From positions 2,914,001 to 2,978,000 of the forward strand of contig OZ024753.1 in assembly GCA_964016885.1 (NCBI GenBank): a stretch of DNA of 64,000 nt, read 5' to 3'. The position numbers and the translations under genes are program-made. Each line of letters starts with the position of its first letter. Within the stretch, counting starts at the first letter, position 1. Positions 1-13,603 of the stretch are shown here, piece after piece. The DNA is from Eledone cirrhosa (taxonomy: Eukaryota). The notes under the pieces were generated by a model. The model saw only the letters and a program-made list of their open reading frames with translations. It was not told where the DNA came from and did no database searches.

Positions 1-126
1 GGAATGATAAAAAAGGGAGCTGAAAAATATTTGGTCTGGATACCTGGAAAGCCATCTCTGCAAGAAATACAGAAAATAGTGCCTACTGGTATTGTCCATG
101 TCCTGAGAAGGACATTATCAATTTAA
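1..126 (+). mobile_element. 3' end of Dong/R4-type (restriction-like endonuclease) non-LTR retrotransposon ORF
   Basis: Frame 1 reads GMIKKGAEKYLVWIPGKPSLQEIQKIVPTGIVHVLRRTLSI*, matching the R4/Dong C-terminal pattern (LGMI..IPG.P...EIQK..L....ILR). A second decayed piece (LGMI...QKARIL) lies at about 228-395, followed by (AAT)n. Confidence 0.7.
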
Positions 127-483
127 ATACCTTGCAAAGACATTTACTGTTGTTGTGCCCTTGTGGCGTCATTTGTATGACAATTGATTGTAAAATGTGT
201 GTATTATAACATTTTGGTTCAGGTGTCAACTGGGCATGATTTGGGAAAGAAACAGAATTCAAAGAAAGTCTAGCTTGTCCCCATCATTTATCTTGAAGAG
301 TTTCCAAGGCTGGCTGAAGACCATCAGCCCACCCACCTGTTTTGGAACATATCAAAAGGCAAGGATCCTCCAATATGTCCTGGTAACAGCTTGATATTCA
401 TTAGGGCAACTATTCCAGTTAAATAACATCAATGACTGAGACATCAAGTAAATAATAATAATAGTAAGAATAATAATAATAAT

Positions 484-661
484 GTTTCTAAATTTGGCAA
501 AAGGCCAGCAATTACCTTGGTGCATTACTGGTGCTTTATTTTATCAACCCTGTAAGGATGAAAGGCAAAGCTAACTTCAGTGGGATTTGAACTCAGAACG
601 CACAGGACCATAACTCTATGCTGAAAAGCTTAGTGTCTGACGTTCTACCGATACTGCCAAA
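484..661 (-). mobile_element. tRNA-derived Nin/Deu-domain SINE (octopus OK-like), diverged
   Basis: Reverse complement of the family consensus seen at 15114-15300; flanked by (AAT)n. Confidence 0.8.
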
Positions 662-1960
662 TAATAATAATAACAATAATAATAGTGTTGTAATGCAAGC
701 AAATGAATTTTAACTGGAATTGAAATTGAATTATCTGTTTTGTGACACTCACTACCTATACAACAAAATAGTATTAGTGTAAAAAAATCATCATAGAGAA
801 TTTATTATAACTTTATAGGAATTTAAAGTTGCCATCCTTGGACTATATTTATATCTGAGGAAGACAACATGATGATGAATTTAATTGTTGTTTTCTTAGT
901 TTGACATATATTTGATATTAAGCAATGCTTCATTCACTCATTCACCACATAGACACTTTAATGATTTGAGATATTTTTTCCCTCAAACATTATAATTAAA
1001 GACTGACATTAGACAGCCTTTTAATTAGCCCCTTTAAACCATAATTCATGCAGATGGTTGCCTTTTGTGTCTACAGTCCTTGGAAACTCTTAAAACTGCT
1101 TAAAACCTCTTGTTCAAGCTTGTAATTTTGTATCAACATAATTTTCATTATCATTATAATTATCTTAACGAATTTATTTTTGATTGATTTTCTAGCTGTC
1201 ATCAGAGTTGAAATACTTCGTGGTGTATTACATTAAAACTAAAATAATAAATAACATTTAATAAATAAAGAGAGACCAGATTCAATTGACTAGACAACAA
1301 TATATTGTTGGTACTCGTGTAGAAAGTAAATGTTGAGGGAGATATAGGAGAAAGAAATGAGAAGCCATTTTGAATTGCTCTTCTCTTAGTCATTATGTTG
1401 AGTTATGGTAAGGTATATCCAGAGATTTATAAACTTCCATTGAAAACAGTATACCTTTTTTTTTTGCAGTCATTTAATTTGTAATGGAGTGTGAAGAAAA
1501 TTACCCAGGTTCAATGTTCCAAAAGAAAGCAGAGCCAGCTATAGTGAAGAATGATGCAGCAAGTAGAATTTGAGAAATCTGCTGTCTACATTTACAACAA
1601 ACACATTCATTTACTTTACAAAATGATGAGTTGCATGGTTCAAATGTTAGATTTGAAATACAAGAGAAGAATATGGTTTGTACAAGAAAACAAAAGAGGC
1701 TGGAGAGGAATTAAATTAAGATATTCTGTCTTTTGGTATTTTACTTCTTTCAGTCAGCAGACAGTGGCCTTGCTGGGGTGGGGCCTATTTTTAAAGTCTG
1801 GTATTTGTTTTATCGATCACATTTAAGTTGAACCACTAAGTTATGAGACATAAACACAGACAAAAACAAACATAAACAGACACAGTCACACATGCTCACA
1901 TATATACATACACACACACGCATACAGAGAGAGAGGGAGAGAGAGAGAAATCTCACTAAA

Positions 1961-2650
1961 CACTTAAAATTAGATAAACAATCAGAAAGCTTAGCCAAAT
2001 GTAGTGCTTTTATCGCTTTCAAAGATCATTAAAATAACTTTAATAATAGGCCTAGTTTAAGATTAATAAACCCCACTAGAACCGAGGTAAGACTAGCCTG
2101 TAAGCAGATCCTAAGAGATATAAATAAACACACTAACAGTAAGGCCAATCAGAGAGGATTAATACATCTTCGGTAATATCTTGGTTTAAGAATATCCCTG
2201 ATGAAAATAAAGCAAAGAACATTGAATTTAACATCACAGACATCTACCCCACTTTCTTCCATACAGCTTTAGATAAAGCTTTACATTTTGTTCGTGGATT
2301 CAGCCCGATTAATTACCTAGAATTAGATGTAATTATACATGCCAGAAAAACACTTCTGTTCTCTGGTGACTCCACTTGGGCTAGAAAATCAAACCTAGAT
2401 GACCTTTCGATGTCTGGATAGGGTCGTACGATAGCATAGATATCTGAGATTTTGTTGGATTATTTGCCCTTCATAACCGCAAAGAGAAATTTCCAGAACA
2501 CATCATTGACCTATATCATGATGAAGGCCTGGCGGTCTCCCATAATAATAATGGCTATTCCCTAGATAAGTTCCATAAGGACCTAATACAGACCTTCAAG
2601 GATTTAGGGCTGAATATACCTGCAGACACTAACTTAACTAATGCAAATCT
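1961..2650 (+). pseudogene. Decayed Penelope-like element (PLE) reverse transcriptase fragment
   Basis: Manual translation gives AFIAFKDH*NNFNNRPSLRLINPTRTEV..KQILRDIN, then IIHARKTLLFS...W, (F)DVWIGSYD and LYHDEGL. These correspond to PLE RT motifs (AFITLKDHK..RLINP, FDVTMGSYDGAE, LYRDDGL). Contains stops and frameshifts. Confidence 0.8.
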
Positions 2651-2779
2651 AGCATACATACACCATTTAAAACTGAAGGTAGAAACTTTTATGATTTTAA
2701 GACATTAACCATAATATATATGTATGTGTCTATATATATATATAGAACGGACGTAAAACGGTGATGATGATGATATATA

Positions 2780-3130
2780 TTTTCATTCATTTCATTTCAT
2801 TTCATTTTACATCTGCTTTTTCCCTGCTTGCAAGGGTGAGACGGGAACTGATTCTGGCTTGATTTCTACAGCTGGATGCCCTTCCTAACACCAACCTCAT
2901 TTACAGTAAGTGCTGGGTGGTTTTTTTTTCCATGGCGCCTCCCCGACCACTTTGCAGTGGAATGATATGGACCCCAGTCCCTAACATCTCATTTCTACAG
3001 CTGAGTAAACTGGAGCAATGTGAAATAAAGTGTCTTGCTCAAGGAAACAACACATCACCCAGTCTGAGAATTGAACACACAACCTTTCGATTGCAAGGCC
3101 AATGCTCTAACCACTAAGCCATGTGCCTCC
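2780..3130 (-). mobile_element. tRNA-derived CORE-type SINE with RTE-like 3' tail (octopus OR-like)
   Basis: Minus strand has an A/B-box head, the CORE-like motif ccttgagcaagacactttatttcac, and a tail ...cttgcaagcagggaaaaagcagatgtaaaatg. Near-identical to 53902-54230 and 63713-64000. Confidence 0.85.
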
Positions 3131-3131
3131 G

Positions 3132-3259
<128 letters not shown>

Positions 3260-3790
3260 TGTGCATATATGATGGGTTTCTGCAGTTTCTATCAACAAAA
3301 TTCCACTCACAAGGCATTGGTCAACCTGAGGCTATAAAAGAAGATAGTTGCCCCAAAGAGAAACACAGCAGGACTGAACCCAGAACTGACTGATTGATCG
3401 CAAAGTGAACACCTTAACCACTTAACTATATAATATGAATTTAGGGGAATATAAGAAGGGCATTTTAGATGATAAAAAGGAGTACAATGGAGGATACAAA
3501 ACAAAAATACATAAGACAGAAAATAGTTGAAAATCAAAGGAAATATCAGTATTGGTTTAAATATATGAAAAAAACTATATAAGATGTGACATAGATGAAA
3601 AAGTATTATGGGTTGTTGGTTAATGGTATTAGATGGTAGAAAGGTCATAGTTCAATCAATGAAATGTGAGACTAATGTAAGTAAAAGTGATTCAAGAAAG
3701 CTGAATTCTCCTTTTGTTTTGCTTTTATTTTCAGAACAAACATTATGCCAGCAAGGAACAAACAAACCAAAAACCTAAATTAGCAGTTTA

Positions 3791-3853
<63 letters not shown>

Positions 3854-3855
3854 AT

Positions 3856-3886
<31 letters not shown>

Positions 3887-3889
3887 TAG

Positions 3890-3924
<35 letters not shown>

Positions 3925-3967
3925 TATATACATATATGTGTACATACATATATATATATATTTAGTG

Positions 3968-4180
3968 AAGGCGTGTGGCGGAGTGGTTAGAGAATTGGAT
4001 TCGCAATCGTGAGGTTGTGAGTTTGATTCCTGGACCAGGCGATGCGTTGTGTCCTTGAGCAAGACACTTTATTTCACGTTGCTCCTTCTACCTGGAGTTG
4101 CGACCGATAGATAGTATTAGCAATTGGAAAGACCAACGGAAACATTGTTCCCTCGGTTCGATTTGACGAAAGTCGATCGT
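3968..4180 (+). mobile_element. CORE-type tRNA SINE, variant 3' end
   Basis: ggcgtgtggcggagtggttag...gtttgattcc...gtgtccttgagcaagacact; related copy at 28586-28815. Confidence 0.8.
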
Positions 4181-4188
4181 TCCTTTTT

Positions 4189-4226
<38 letters not shown>

Positions 4227-4291
4227 GTATATATATAACAGATATATTCGAGCTGAATATATATATATGTATATATATATAACAGATATAT

Positions 4292-4331
4292 CTGAGCTGA
4301 AGATCCGCTAAGGTGAAACAATTGTTCTCGG
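4292..4331 (+). ncRNA. Minimal type-I hammerhead ribozyme motif
   Basis: CTGAG-CTGAAGA-T CC GCTAA GG T-GAAAC AATT GT T-CTCGG. Core CUGANGA/GAAA, stem I ctgag/ctcgg, palindromic stem III ACAATTGT, GUU site; (TA)n on both sides. Confidence 0.7.
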
Positions 4332-4760
4332 TATGGTGAACTAACTGTTGTGTAACCACTTCTATATATCTATATATATATATATATATATACATCATCA
4401 TCATCATCATTTAACATCAATTTTCCCTGTTTAGTAAGTTACATGCACACACACACATACGCACAAACCATGTTAGCATGGAAGATAGACGTTAAATGAT
4501 GATGATATATATATATATATATGATAATAAGTTAGTGCTCAACGGGTGAGTTCAGCCATCAGGACTAACTTTTCATTATACATACACTCTACTTTCCCAA
4601 GTATTGAGTACTCAGCTGAACATGGTCTTTCCAGTCTAGACAGGTAACTCCCAATCTATCTATTTATCTACACCTCTCTCTCACTCACTATATATATATA
4701 TATAGAGAGAGAGAGAATGCATATATATATATATGTGTGTATGTGTGTATATAAATATAT

Positions 4761-5345
4761 ATCATCATCATCACCGTTTTACGTCCGTTCTTCCACGCTA
4801 GCATGGGTTAGACGGGTTGTCCTGTTGTGGGCAGTGTCTGGTCAGCTGACCATGCCTTGCTCATACAGGAACTGATTTGGCTTGATTTCTACAGCTGGAT
4901 GCCCTTCCTAACACCAACCTCATTTACAGCGAGTGCTGGGTGCTTTTTTCCGTGGCGCCTACACGTCCACTTTACAGTGTGGGCTGGGTGCTTTTTTGCT
5001 GTGGCACCTCCACAACCACCTTGCAGTGGGAGGGTGTGGGGGCATATTGCCTATATGCTTCAGCTTGTACCCATGGGAGGTCGGGTACTCTGTATTACTG
5101 CGTGACGCCAGAGGTCACAGTCGTATGTCATCGCCTTTGAGAGGTGTAATTGGGTAAGGTCAGCTTTTATCACCTCATCCCAGGTCATCTTGGGTCTCCC
5201 CACTCCGCGGTTTCCATCGACTTCTAGTGCTCTGCACCTTTTTATGCAGCTGTCATCCTTCATACGCATCACATGTCCATACAAACGCAACTGCCTCTCC
5301 TGCACACAGCATTTGATTCCTCTTATGCTCAGTCTCTCTCTCAAT
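4761..5345 (-). mobile_element. RTE-clade LINE 3' ORF fragment fused to a SINE-like body and (GAT)n tail
   Basis: ORF 5060-5461 contains ELRERLSIRGI..VQERQLRLYGHVMRM..GNRGVGRPKMTW (RTE C-terminus). Downstream on the minus strand is the shared SINE tail ...gcgtggaagaacggacgtaaaacggtgatgat. Confidence 0.85.
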
Positions 5346-5374
5346 TCATATATATATATGCTGTAATCTGGCTG

Positions 5375-5562
5375 TGTAGGTAACACGGTAAAAACCTTCC
5401 AGTCCACACTGTAAATGTGGTTGGTGTTAGTAAGGGCATCCAGCCGTAGAAAACCCACCATACAGCCCTATACGAGCAGGACAACCAATCTTGCCTGAAG
5501 TGGGAAAACTCCCGTCCAAACCCATGCAAGCGTGGAAGATGGACGTTAAACGATGATGATGA

Positions 5563-5565
<3 letters not shown>
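5375..5565 (+). mobile_element. 5'-truncated SINE/RTE-tail element
   Basis: gtccacactgtaaatgtggttggtgttagtaagggcatccagccgtagaaa...gcgtggaagatggacgttaaacgatgatgat; related copies at 18462-18625(-), 33200-33560(+) and 42190-42460(+). Confidence 0.8.
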
Positions 5566-5599
<34 letters not shown>

Positions 5600-5624
5600 A
5601 CATATATTCCTAAATACTAATGGT

Positions 5625-5945
5625 AAATAGATAGATATGTTTCTTTTATTTGCCACTAGGGCATCAAAAGTGGGACAAGTACAAAGGGGGGAGTTTACAC
5701 AAAAAGGCGTCCTCAATAAGGAGGAGGCAATAACAAAATATAAAAATAAAATAAGATATAACAAAAAATAAAATTTTTAACAAAATCCTCAATAGAGAGG
5801 AGGCGCCTTGGGGGGTCGCACACACCCCCGAAAAAAGTGTGCAACCCTTCTCCTCAGGAGCACAGAGAAGGGGTGCTCCCTTGGTCTTTCATCTTCCTCA
5901 CCTATAGTCTGATGTAGAGTGAAGGCCCATTCACACGGGCCATTA
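5625..5945 (-). mobile_element. 3' end of Tx1-like LINE
   Basis: Reverse complement shares atggcccgtgtgaatgggcct and the terminus gtggcaaataaaagaaa..atctatc with 60170-61070. Confidence 0.7.
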
Positions 5946-6259
5946 GACAGACAAATAGATAGACAGACAGACAGACAGAGAGGCAATGCCAGAAAAATTA
6001 CTAGCTAAACTCTAGAATGTGTTAGAGTATCTGCCAGGCTTACAACAATATCAATAGTCTTTAAAACTGGAACAACTGTTAATTATTTTGGCAAAAAATG
6101 GTTGTAGTAATATATTTATTTCCTTCATTTCAAATGATTTGCACTAAGATGAAATGAATTGTTTTCAACAAGAGATTAAAACTTTATTTTGCCAGAATAA
6201 TAATATTAAAAAACTTGATAAATAGTTGATTCCTTAGGGTATTAACTGCATTGATATTA

Positions 6260-6670
6260 GCAGTATCAGTAGCAATGATGGTTGTTTTGGTGCTTGTAGT
6301 AGTGGAAGTGGCCATAGTAGTAGTAGTAGTAGTAGTAGTAATGGTGGTGGTAGTAGTAGTAGTAATGTGGCGGTAGTGGTAGTAGCAATGATGGTTGTTT
6401 TGGTGCTTGTAGTAGTGGAAGTGGCCATAGTAGTAGTAGTAGTAGTAGTAATGGTGGTGGTAGTAGTAGTAGTAATGGTGGGGGTAGTAGTAGTAGTAGT
6501 GTGGGGGTAGTAGTAGTAGTAGTGTGGCGGTAGTGGTAGTAGTAGTGATGGTAGTAATATTAGTACCAGCAGCATCAGTAGTAGTAGTGATGGTACTAGT
6601 ATTAGTACCAGCAGCATCAGTAGTAGTAGTGATGGTGGTAGTATTTGTATCAGCAGCCTCAGTAATAGTT
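6260..6670. repeat. Compound (GTA/GTG)n trinucleotide repeat with internal duplication
   Basis: Directly visible; source of the poly-T/L/V ORFs. Confidence 0.9.
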
Positions 6671-6840
6671 TTCTGGAAATATGTTGAGAAGGTATTAAAA
6701 CAATTACCAAGAATGATAATATTAACCTATTTTTCATACCAACTTAGTCAAAACTGATTCAGGTTCTATGAAACAAAACCACACTATTTAAGTTGTTTTT
6801 ATTTAGATTATTATCTTCCAACATCATTTTATATAAAAAC

Positions 6841-7030
6841 GGGTGGTGAATTGGCAGTATCGGTAGAGGGTCGGATGCCATGCTTTGACGCAGAGAGTTA
6901 CGGCCCTTGCCATTCTGAGTTCAAATCCCGCTGAGGTTAACTTTGCCTTTCATCCTTACGGGGTCGATAAAATAAAGTACCAGTAATACACTGGGAAATT
7001 GCTGACCTTGTGCCAAAAGTAGAAACAATC
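6841..7030 (+). mobile_element. Nin/Deu-domain tRNA SINE
   Basis: A box tggcagtatcgg, B box gagttcaaatcc, central ctttcatccttacggggtcgataaaataaagtacc. Confidence 0.9.
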
Positions 7031-7069
7031 ATTTTATATAAAAACAATATGTTAAGTTATTATTGTAAT

Positions 7070-7345
7070 CTTCTTTGCCCACTTATTCCTGAGCGGGTCG
7101 TGTGGTCAGAGTCCCCAAACACTCCCTCCAATGGGTCCTGTCAGAAGCAACCATCTCCAACTGATCTGGCTGGATCCCCATGCATGACCAGCCAAGCTCA
7201 TGAATGTTATCCAACCATCTTGCTCGAGGTCTACCCCTGGATCTCTTCTCAGTTGGTTTGGCCTGTAAAATCTGTCCAGTGATTCTTTCCTGAGACATTC
7301 TAACCACATGCCCATAGTATTCGAGCTGTGATCTCTTAATTTGGT
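7070..7345 (-). mobile_element. RTE-clade LINE 3' fragment
   Basis: GHVVRMSQERITGQILQAKPTEKRSRGRPRARWLDNI...MVASDRTHWR, a typical RTE C-terminus. Confidence 0.85.
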
Positions 7346-8165
7346 AATAGCTTCAGGAAGCTAGGTATCTTAAAATTCATAGTGAAAAGTCTTCAAAATG
7401 TTTTAAAATACAGTACATTATTATGTCAATAAAATAAAGTACCAGTAATACACTGGGTATTTGCTGGCCTTGTGCCTAAAGTAGAAACAATTATTATATT
7501 ATTAAATATACAATATGTACATTCATATATATATATCGCTATTTCAGAGCACTAATACAACTGCTCTGTATGTAAATGAGTTTCAACAGCTCATAAACAT
7601 TTATTTATAAATTTATGTATATATAAGTCTATATAAACACGTAGAGCAAATATTTATTATTAGCACAGATTAAATGTTGAAGCATACAATTTCTGTTTTC
7701 AACTTAAAGCAGAATGATCATGTTGTTGACAGTTGAGAGAAAAGGTTACTTAATTCCGAAGAAGAGTTTTGATATTCATTATATTAAGGCTAAAAAGTGA
7801 GTCTTGTTAATCGGGAGTTTCAATATTTATTGCCAACAAGAGTGCTAATAATCTGCAAATTAATACATCGATTTTTTTAGAATACGACTAAGAGCAAATG
7901 GCTATATAAGCCCATAAAATATGAGGACCCAACAGTTGAGGTAGAGCAAGGAAGACCTGGGCAGAGGTGTTGAGAGCTCATCTGAAATCTCAGAGGAGAT
8001 GAAGGAACGCAGCAAATGGAAAGCTGGTGTGCTGAAAAGGACAAGTCCAACCTGCGCAAGCATGGAAAAACTGACGTTAAAATGACAATGATAATATATA
8101 TATATATTATAAAAATTATAAAAAATAAACCAAAGAAGCCTTCAATACATCAAAAGTCTTTATTA

Positions 8166-8203
8166 GCCAACAATGTTTCATCCTATTAAGGACTCATCAG
8201 GGC
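8166..8203 (-). ncRNA. Minimal type-I hammerhead ribozyme motif
   Basis: Minus strand: GCC-CTGATGA-GTCCT TAAT AGGAT-GAAAC ATT GT T-GGC. Lies in a ~175-bp module between (TA)n tracts at about 8094-8106 and 8280-8298. Confidence 0.7.
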
Positions 8204-8559
8204 AAGTAAAGCTACAAGAAGCACTATCGGCCAATACAAGCCAAAAACTCAGAAGAACACACTCTAGTATTTTAATTCTTATATATATATATATATATAA
8301 ATAATGTATTACATTATCTTCTCGGTGATAAAACAATATACAATGCAAAGAGAAAAAAACCTGCTGAAATAATGTTTAGAAATGAAAGAATGTTGTTGAT
8401 AATGATCAGTTGGTATTTATATGTTGAAATACTAGTTCTGAAAGAAACCTTCCATAATATCATTGAGTGATGATAGTAAACTATAAGAAAACAAAGTATT
8501 ATCTACCTGAGTAGTGGTAATAATAAAGATGGTGGTATTATCAACCTTATTAAGATTTC

Positions 8560-9070
8560 CCCATGAGTGAGAGTGAGAGAGAGAGAAAGAGCATGAGAGA
8601 AAGGGAGAGAGAGCGAAGATGAGGGCATGATGAAGTGGGATTGAGTGAAAAGGAGAGAGAGCATGAGAGAGCAAGCAAAGGAGAGAGTGAAGGTAAGGGC
8701 ATGATGAAGAGGGATTGAGTGAGTGGGAGAGAGAGTGACAGAGAGAGAAAGAGTGAGGAATGAGTGAGAGGGACTGAGTGCAAGTGAGAGAATGAGTTTG
8801 AGAAAAGAAGGAGAGAGTAAGGCGAAGATAGATAGATAGAGAGAGAGAGAAAGGGAGAGAGAGAGAGAGAGTGTGTGTGTGAGAGAATGAGGCACACACA
8901 TACACACACAGAATTATATTTTATGAATATAGAAATGAGTAAAAAAGTGAGAAAGTCTCAGCAGAGATTAAATAAAGTAAGATGAGAAGATGATGTGGTT
9001 GGAGAAAGGGTAAGACAGACAGGTAGACTAACGAGTAAGTGAAGAAGGAAGAGGTGAGAGAGGAGGCAGA
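8560..9070. repeat. Degenerate GA-rich (polypurine) tract
   Basis: Directly visible; source of the SL-rich ORFs. Confidence 0.85.
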
Positions 9071-12000
9071 TTGAAGCAGTGACTGTAAAATTGTCAGAAA
9101 ATATCTATTTCTAATCCCAACAAGTAATAAATCCTGTCTCTATTGGAAAGAGGATTAATCAAAAGGTATTTTGGTCAAATTTCTTCCCTTTTCCAAAGCT
9201 ATATATTAGCTTTTCTTTTATACCTAGAGCACTCAGCTATCTCCTCACCCCATACCCTCATCCCCATTGTCTCACCCTTTCTCTCTCTCTCACACACATA
9301 CACACACGTGTTTATATATATATATATATATATATATACATACACAGACCTATACATTCACACAGATAAGTACCATCTTTACGTCTTGTCTCATTATCTT
9401 ATTCGGTTCCCCGCCCCATCGGCACTGCTGCCAACCTGAACACAAACTACTATCCTCAGTCATCAGCTTGTTGCTTTAAGTAATTACAACGGCTGAAGTT
9501 GTCATGTTTTCATGGAAGACGTTTTCTAGCAGCTTAGCTGAAATGGAGAGATTTGCTTTACATCAATATTTACACAATGTAGGGAGGTTCTGCAATGATT
9601 TTTGATTAACGTATTGCGACATGTGTTTCTTCTCAGATTATAATAGTATTGTAACCAGTAGCAGTGCAGGGAGGAGGCAGAAAGTGCAAATCTACCTCCT
9701 GGGGCATCCTAAGGCACCTCATGTAGTGGTGGTTAGGAATCCAACAAAAGAATCACACAGGTATATCTATTCAATATGACTACTAATCATGCAGCACCCA
9801 TCCAAAAATCTGCATCAAGTTTTCTGCACAGATAAAAAAACTGAGAAATTTACTCACTTGAAATTCATTGCTTATTATCAGACAAAGTTAGGCAATCATG
9901 TGTGAGCTTGTTTTTTCACAGGAGATCCCATTTTAGGAACCAAACTTATTAAATGAGTCTAGTTTTAAATTAATTTCAATGAAGTATTCAGTTCATGTTT
10001 CTACTATTTTGGGTTTATTTCATATTTAAAATAATTCCTTACTCCCATTTCTCAGTACTAGGCCCTATACTTCAGTTTTAGGGGCTTATATTGAAAAAAG
10101 TTGGTAGAAGGGAGTGTTGGCTTATATTTTGATGATTTTCACCAACTTCAAATTTTCCGTAAATAAAGGTTTGGATTTTTGCCCATTTCTCAAACATAAA
10201 ATAGTGGGTTTCACTTATATTTGTATGAACATATATTCAAGTATTTATGGTAATTTCTAATTTCCCATTGAATTATTAATTATTTTTCTATTGGTTCAAT
10301 GTAAGAAATTGTACGTTTTCTATGCCGTTGTTGTATGTTTTCTAGCTTGGTGTTGTTTGTAAGATATATGGTATGTCTCTAGTAGTTTAGTTTTAACATT
10401 ATTTTGGTATTTGAGGTGTATGTATTATGTATGTATACATGTAAGTAAGTACATAAGTAAGTACATATGTTCTAGTTTAATTATTTTGTAAATTTTAACC
10501 AATAGAGAAAGCCAATTTGAGACAATTTTTAACAGAGAGAAGAGTCATTGTAATTTAGACATCAATTATGTAAATACGTATGTCTGTATAGGCTTGTGTG
10601 TACATGTATGCAGGTATAGATGTGTGAACCTGTATCTTTTGAGTTATATGTGTACACGTGCTTATTTCTCTCTCTCTCTCTGTATATATATATATACTAA
10701 TTTAAAGTATCATAATACATATAATGATTATATAAGTTATGATACCTTAACTTAGTATATAACTGCTCCAAATACTTAATTTGTTGCACTGTTTATACTG
10801 TGACTAGAACTTCACACCATTGTCCAGTCCTATTTGTATCTGCCACCACAGTTAAAACATTCATCATGCCATGCTTTCTATGGTTTTGGCTAACTCTCAG
10901 CTCCTGAGAGATATAAAGGTACTTTGTACTCTCCTGTAACTTATCTAAAAACAATTCCTCTGATTAGTTTCGCATCTTCCTTAACTTTACCAAAATCGAT
11001 AGTTGGTAATATATAATTGATTACTTGGATCAATATTTTACTTTGGATTATGAACATTGAAATGGTACTGTAAGGAACATAAGAACTTTTCCACCTTAAA
11101 GTATGTACATTTTCCTAAATATTATGTGCTTTATATATATGTACAAAATACTATGTATTTCTCAAACAATATATGGCTCTCTCTCTCTCTCTCTCTCTCT
11201 GCATATACATATATATTTTAATATATATATATAACAATTTCGGTCTTACAAATGCACTGACAAGGCATTGGCTGGCCTAGGGTTAAAGACACCCTGTGAT
11301 TGTGAAGAAAACTTCTTATTACCATGGTAATACCAATTTTGAAGGGTGTAACTTTGTAAATACATCCTGTAAAAATATTAATATTATTATGTTTTTGTTC
11401 TTTTTTTATCAATCTTATTTTCTTAACAGAACATTGATAATTACTTAAATGACTGAAGGCATTCAGGTTATTAAGGAAAAGAAAGAAGAATCTTTCTCTA
11501 ATACATATTCACTGCACAATGACAGACATTACTGTTTAAGAATTCTTAAAAGTTTGAAAGGTGACATTTGTTTACAAAACTATTTCATTTATATCTAAAA
11601 AACATATATACAAAAATACTACTCTCCCCCATCAAACCACCACCCTCACCACGACCACCACCATGACCAACACCATGACCCCCCACCACCAAACATATAT
11701 ACAATCATACTACTCCCCCACCACCACCACCACCACCACTATGCATACCTCTCTCATCATAACATCAACAACAAGCACATATTCAAAACAGCTATCACAC
11801 CCTCATCTTTCTATTACCCCAACACACATATACATATATATACACACATATACACACATATATACACATTGTTTCTTCAACAGTCACATATCTTTCTCTT
11901 TTTTAGATTGTTTAAGTAATTCAGCATAAGGTCAGGTGAGAGCACTAGAGAATGACAGTGATTTCCCAAGAAGATTTAGCAAAAATATTATTAAATATTT

Positions 12001-13572
12001 CTGTATTCCAACAATGCTGATTTGCATTATTTTCTAGATTAGCATGGTTCACTATTTTTTTAAAAAGAAAATTGCATATTGTAGGAACGAATGATTTATA
12101 TTTTAGCAGTAATAATTTGGCTTGTATTTTTAAATCACCTGAAGTGAGCAACATAATGATCAACATAGAATGCAACTGAAAAAACACACCTTTTATACAT
12201 AAGCACAAGGCCGGAGGTTCAGAAGTTTACATTTACAGTCATTACTCATTCCTTACCATTACAACTACTGTACCTTTCTTGGTTTTTTTTCTTATTAATG
12301 TTTTAGTAGCTTCGTTGGTTTCAACATTCTGAAGGTTGATAAAGTAAAGAAACAGTCAAGAACAGCTAATGATTTAATCCTCTGCTGGGCTAGAGGCCCC
12401 AAAGACAGGGAAAATAACACATTAATTGGAGTATGGTGTCAAAACATTGGTGCCATACCAAAAAGTAATACACTGTTAGTCAACACAACATACATATCCA
12501 TACATCCATCTAATCATTTATAACCACAGACCTACTCTCTCCCTCTCTCTATCTATCTATCTCTCTATCCTCGCTCTCTCTAAAAGCCAATAAGATTACG
12601 AGAGGATAATGCAAACGAAAAAGAACATACCAGCAGAATTTTGCATTTTAGTGAGAATTTTGCATGAAACCATGGAAACCATCCAAGAATAAAGAGAAAT
12701 AATTGATAAATAGATATTTCAAGTAGCCAATTAAATGTCTTTTCTAGGAGAAAACCTTAAAGTAAATAGATGTCTAACACACTTTGTCTGCTTATAATGA
12801 ACTAGACTTGATTTGGTGATTCTTTGGAAACCTTATAGTGCCATATTGTGGATAAAGGCATTGAAGCATATTGTACATAAAATTATTGAAGTTGAAATCA
12901 TGGTGATGACAGGAATAACGAATTAAGGTATACACAGAATCTCCACATTCATAATGGATGATATTTTCACACATGCACACACACACATTTTCACACACAC
13001 ACACACTTTCACACACTTTCACACATGCACACACATACATATTGGAAGAAAAACAAAGAGATATCTTGTGCATGCAGTAGTAAGCATTGATACAGCATAT
13101 ATAAACACACACACACACACGTGTATATAATTATATATACACTTACATAAATGTATGATTCATACATGTAAACATACATATATACATAAATACAGACACA
13201 CTTTAAGTTTGTAATTGTAATTTGTGTGATGTATTTTATCTAGTTCAGACTTGTTGTAGATAGAAATTGGGAAGGATGTATAAGAAAAATTATATAAATC
13301 TCTGATAATACATGGACAAAAAGCTCCATTGAAGGGTCTCTGCTATGAAGGATGCTGTGAAGGACTCTTAATAATAGGATTAATTATTTAGTGCACTATA
13401 GAGTATATAACACTATATATTGGTAGCCATGCTTAACAGAAATCAAACATTGAAAACAATTGTAAAAACAATAAACAGTTCAATGAAAAAATATAATAGT
13501 TTAATGCTTGATACATATATATATATATACATATATATATACACACACACATATTGATATACATATAAATAC

Positions 13573-13603
<31 letters not shown>

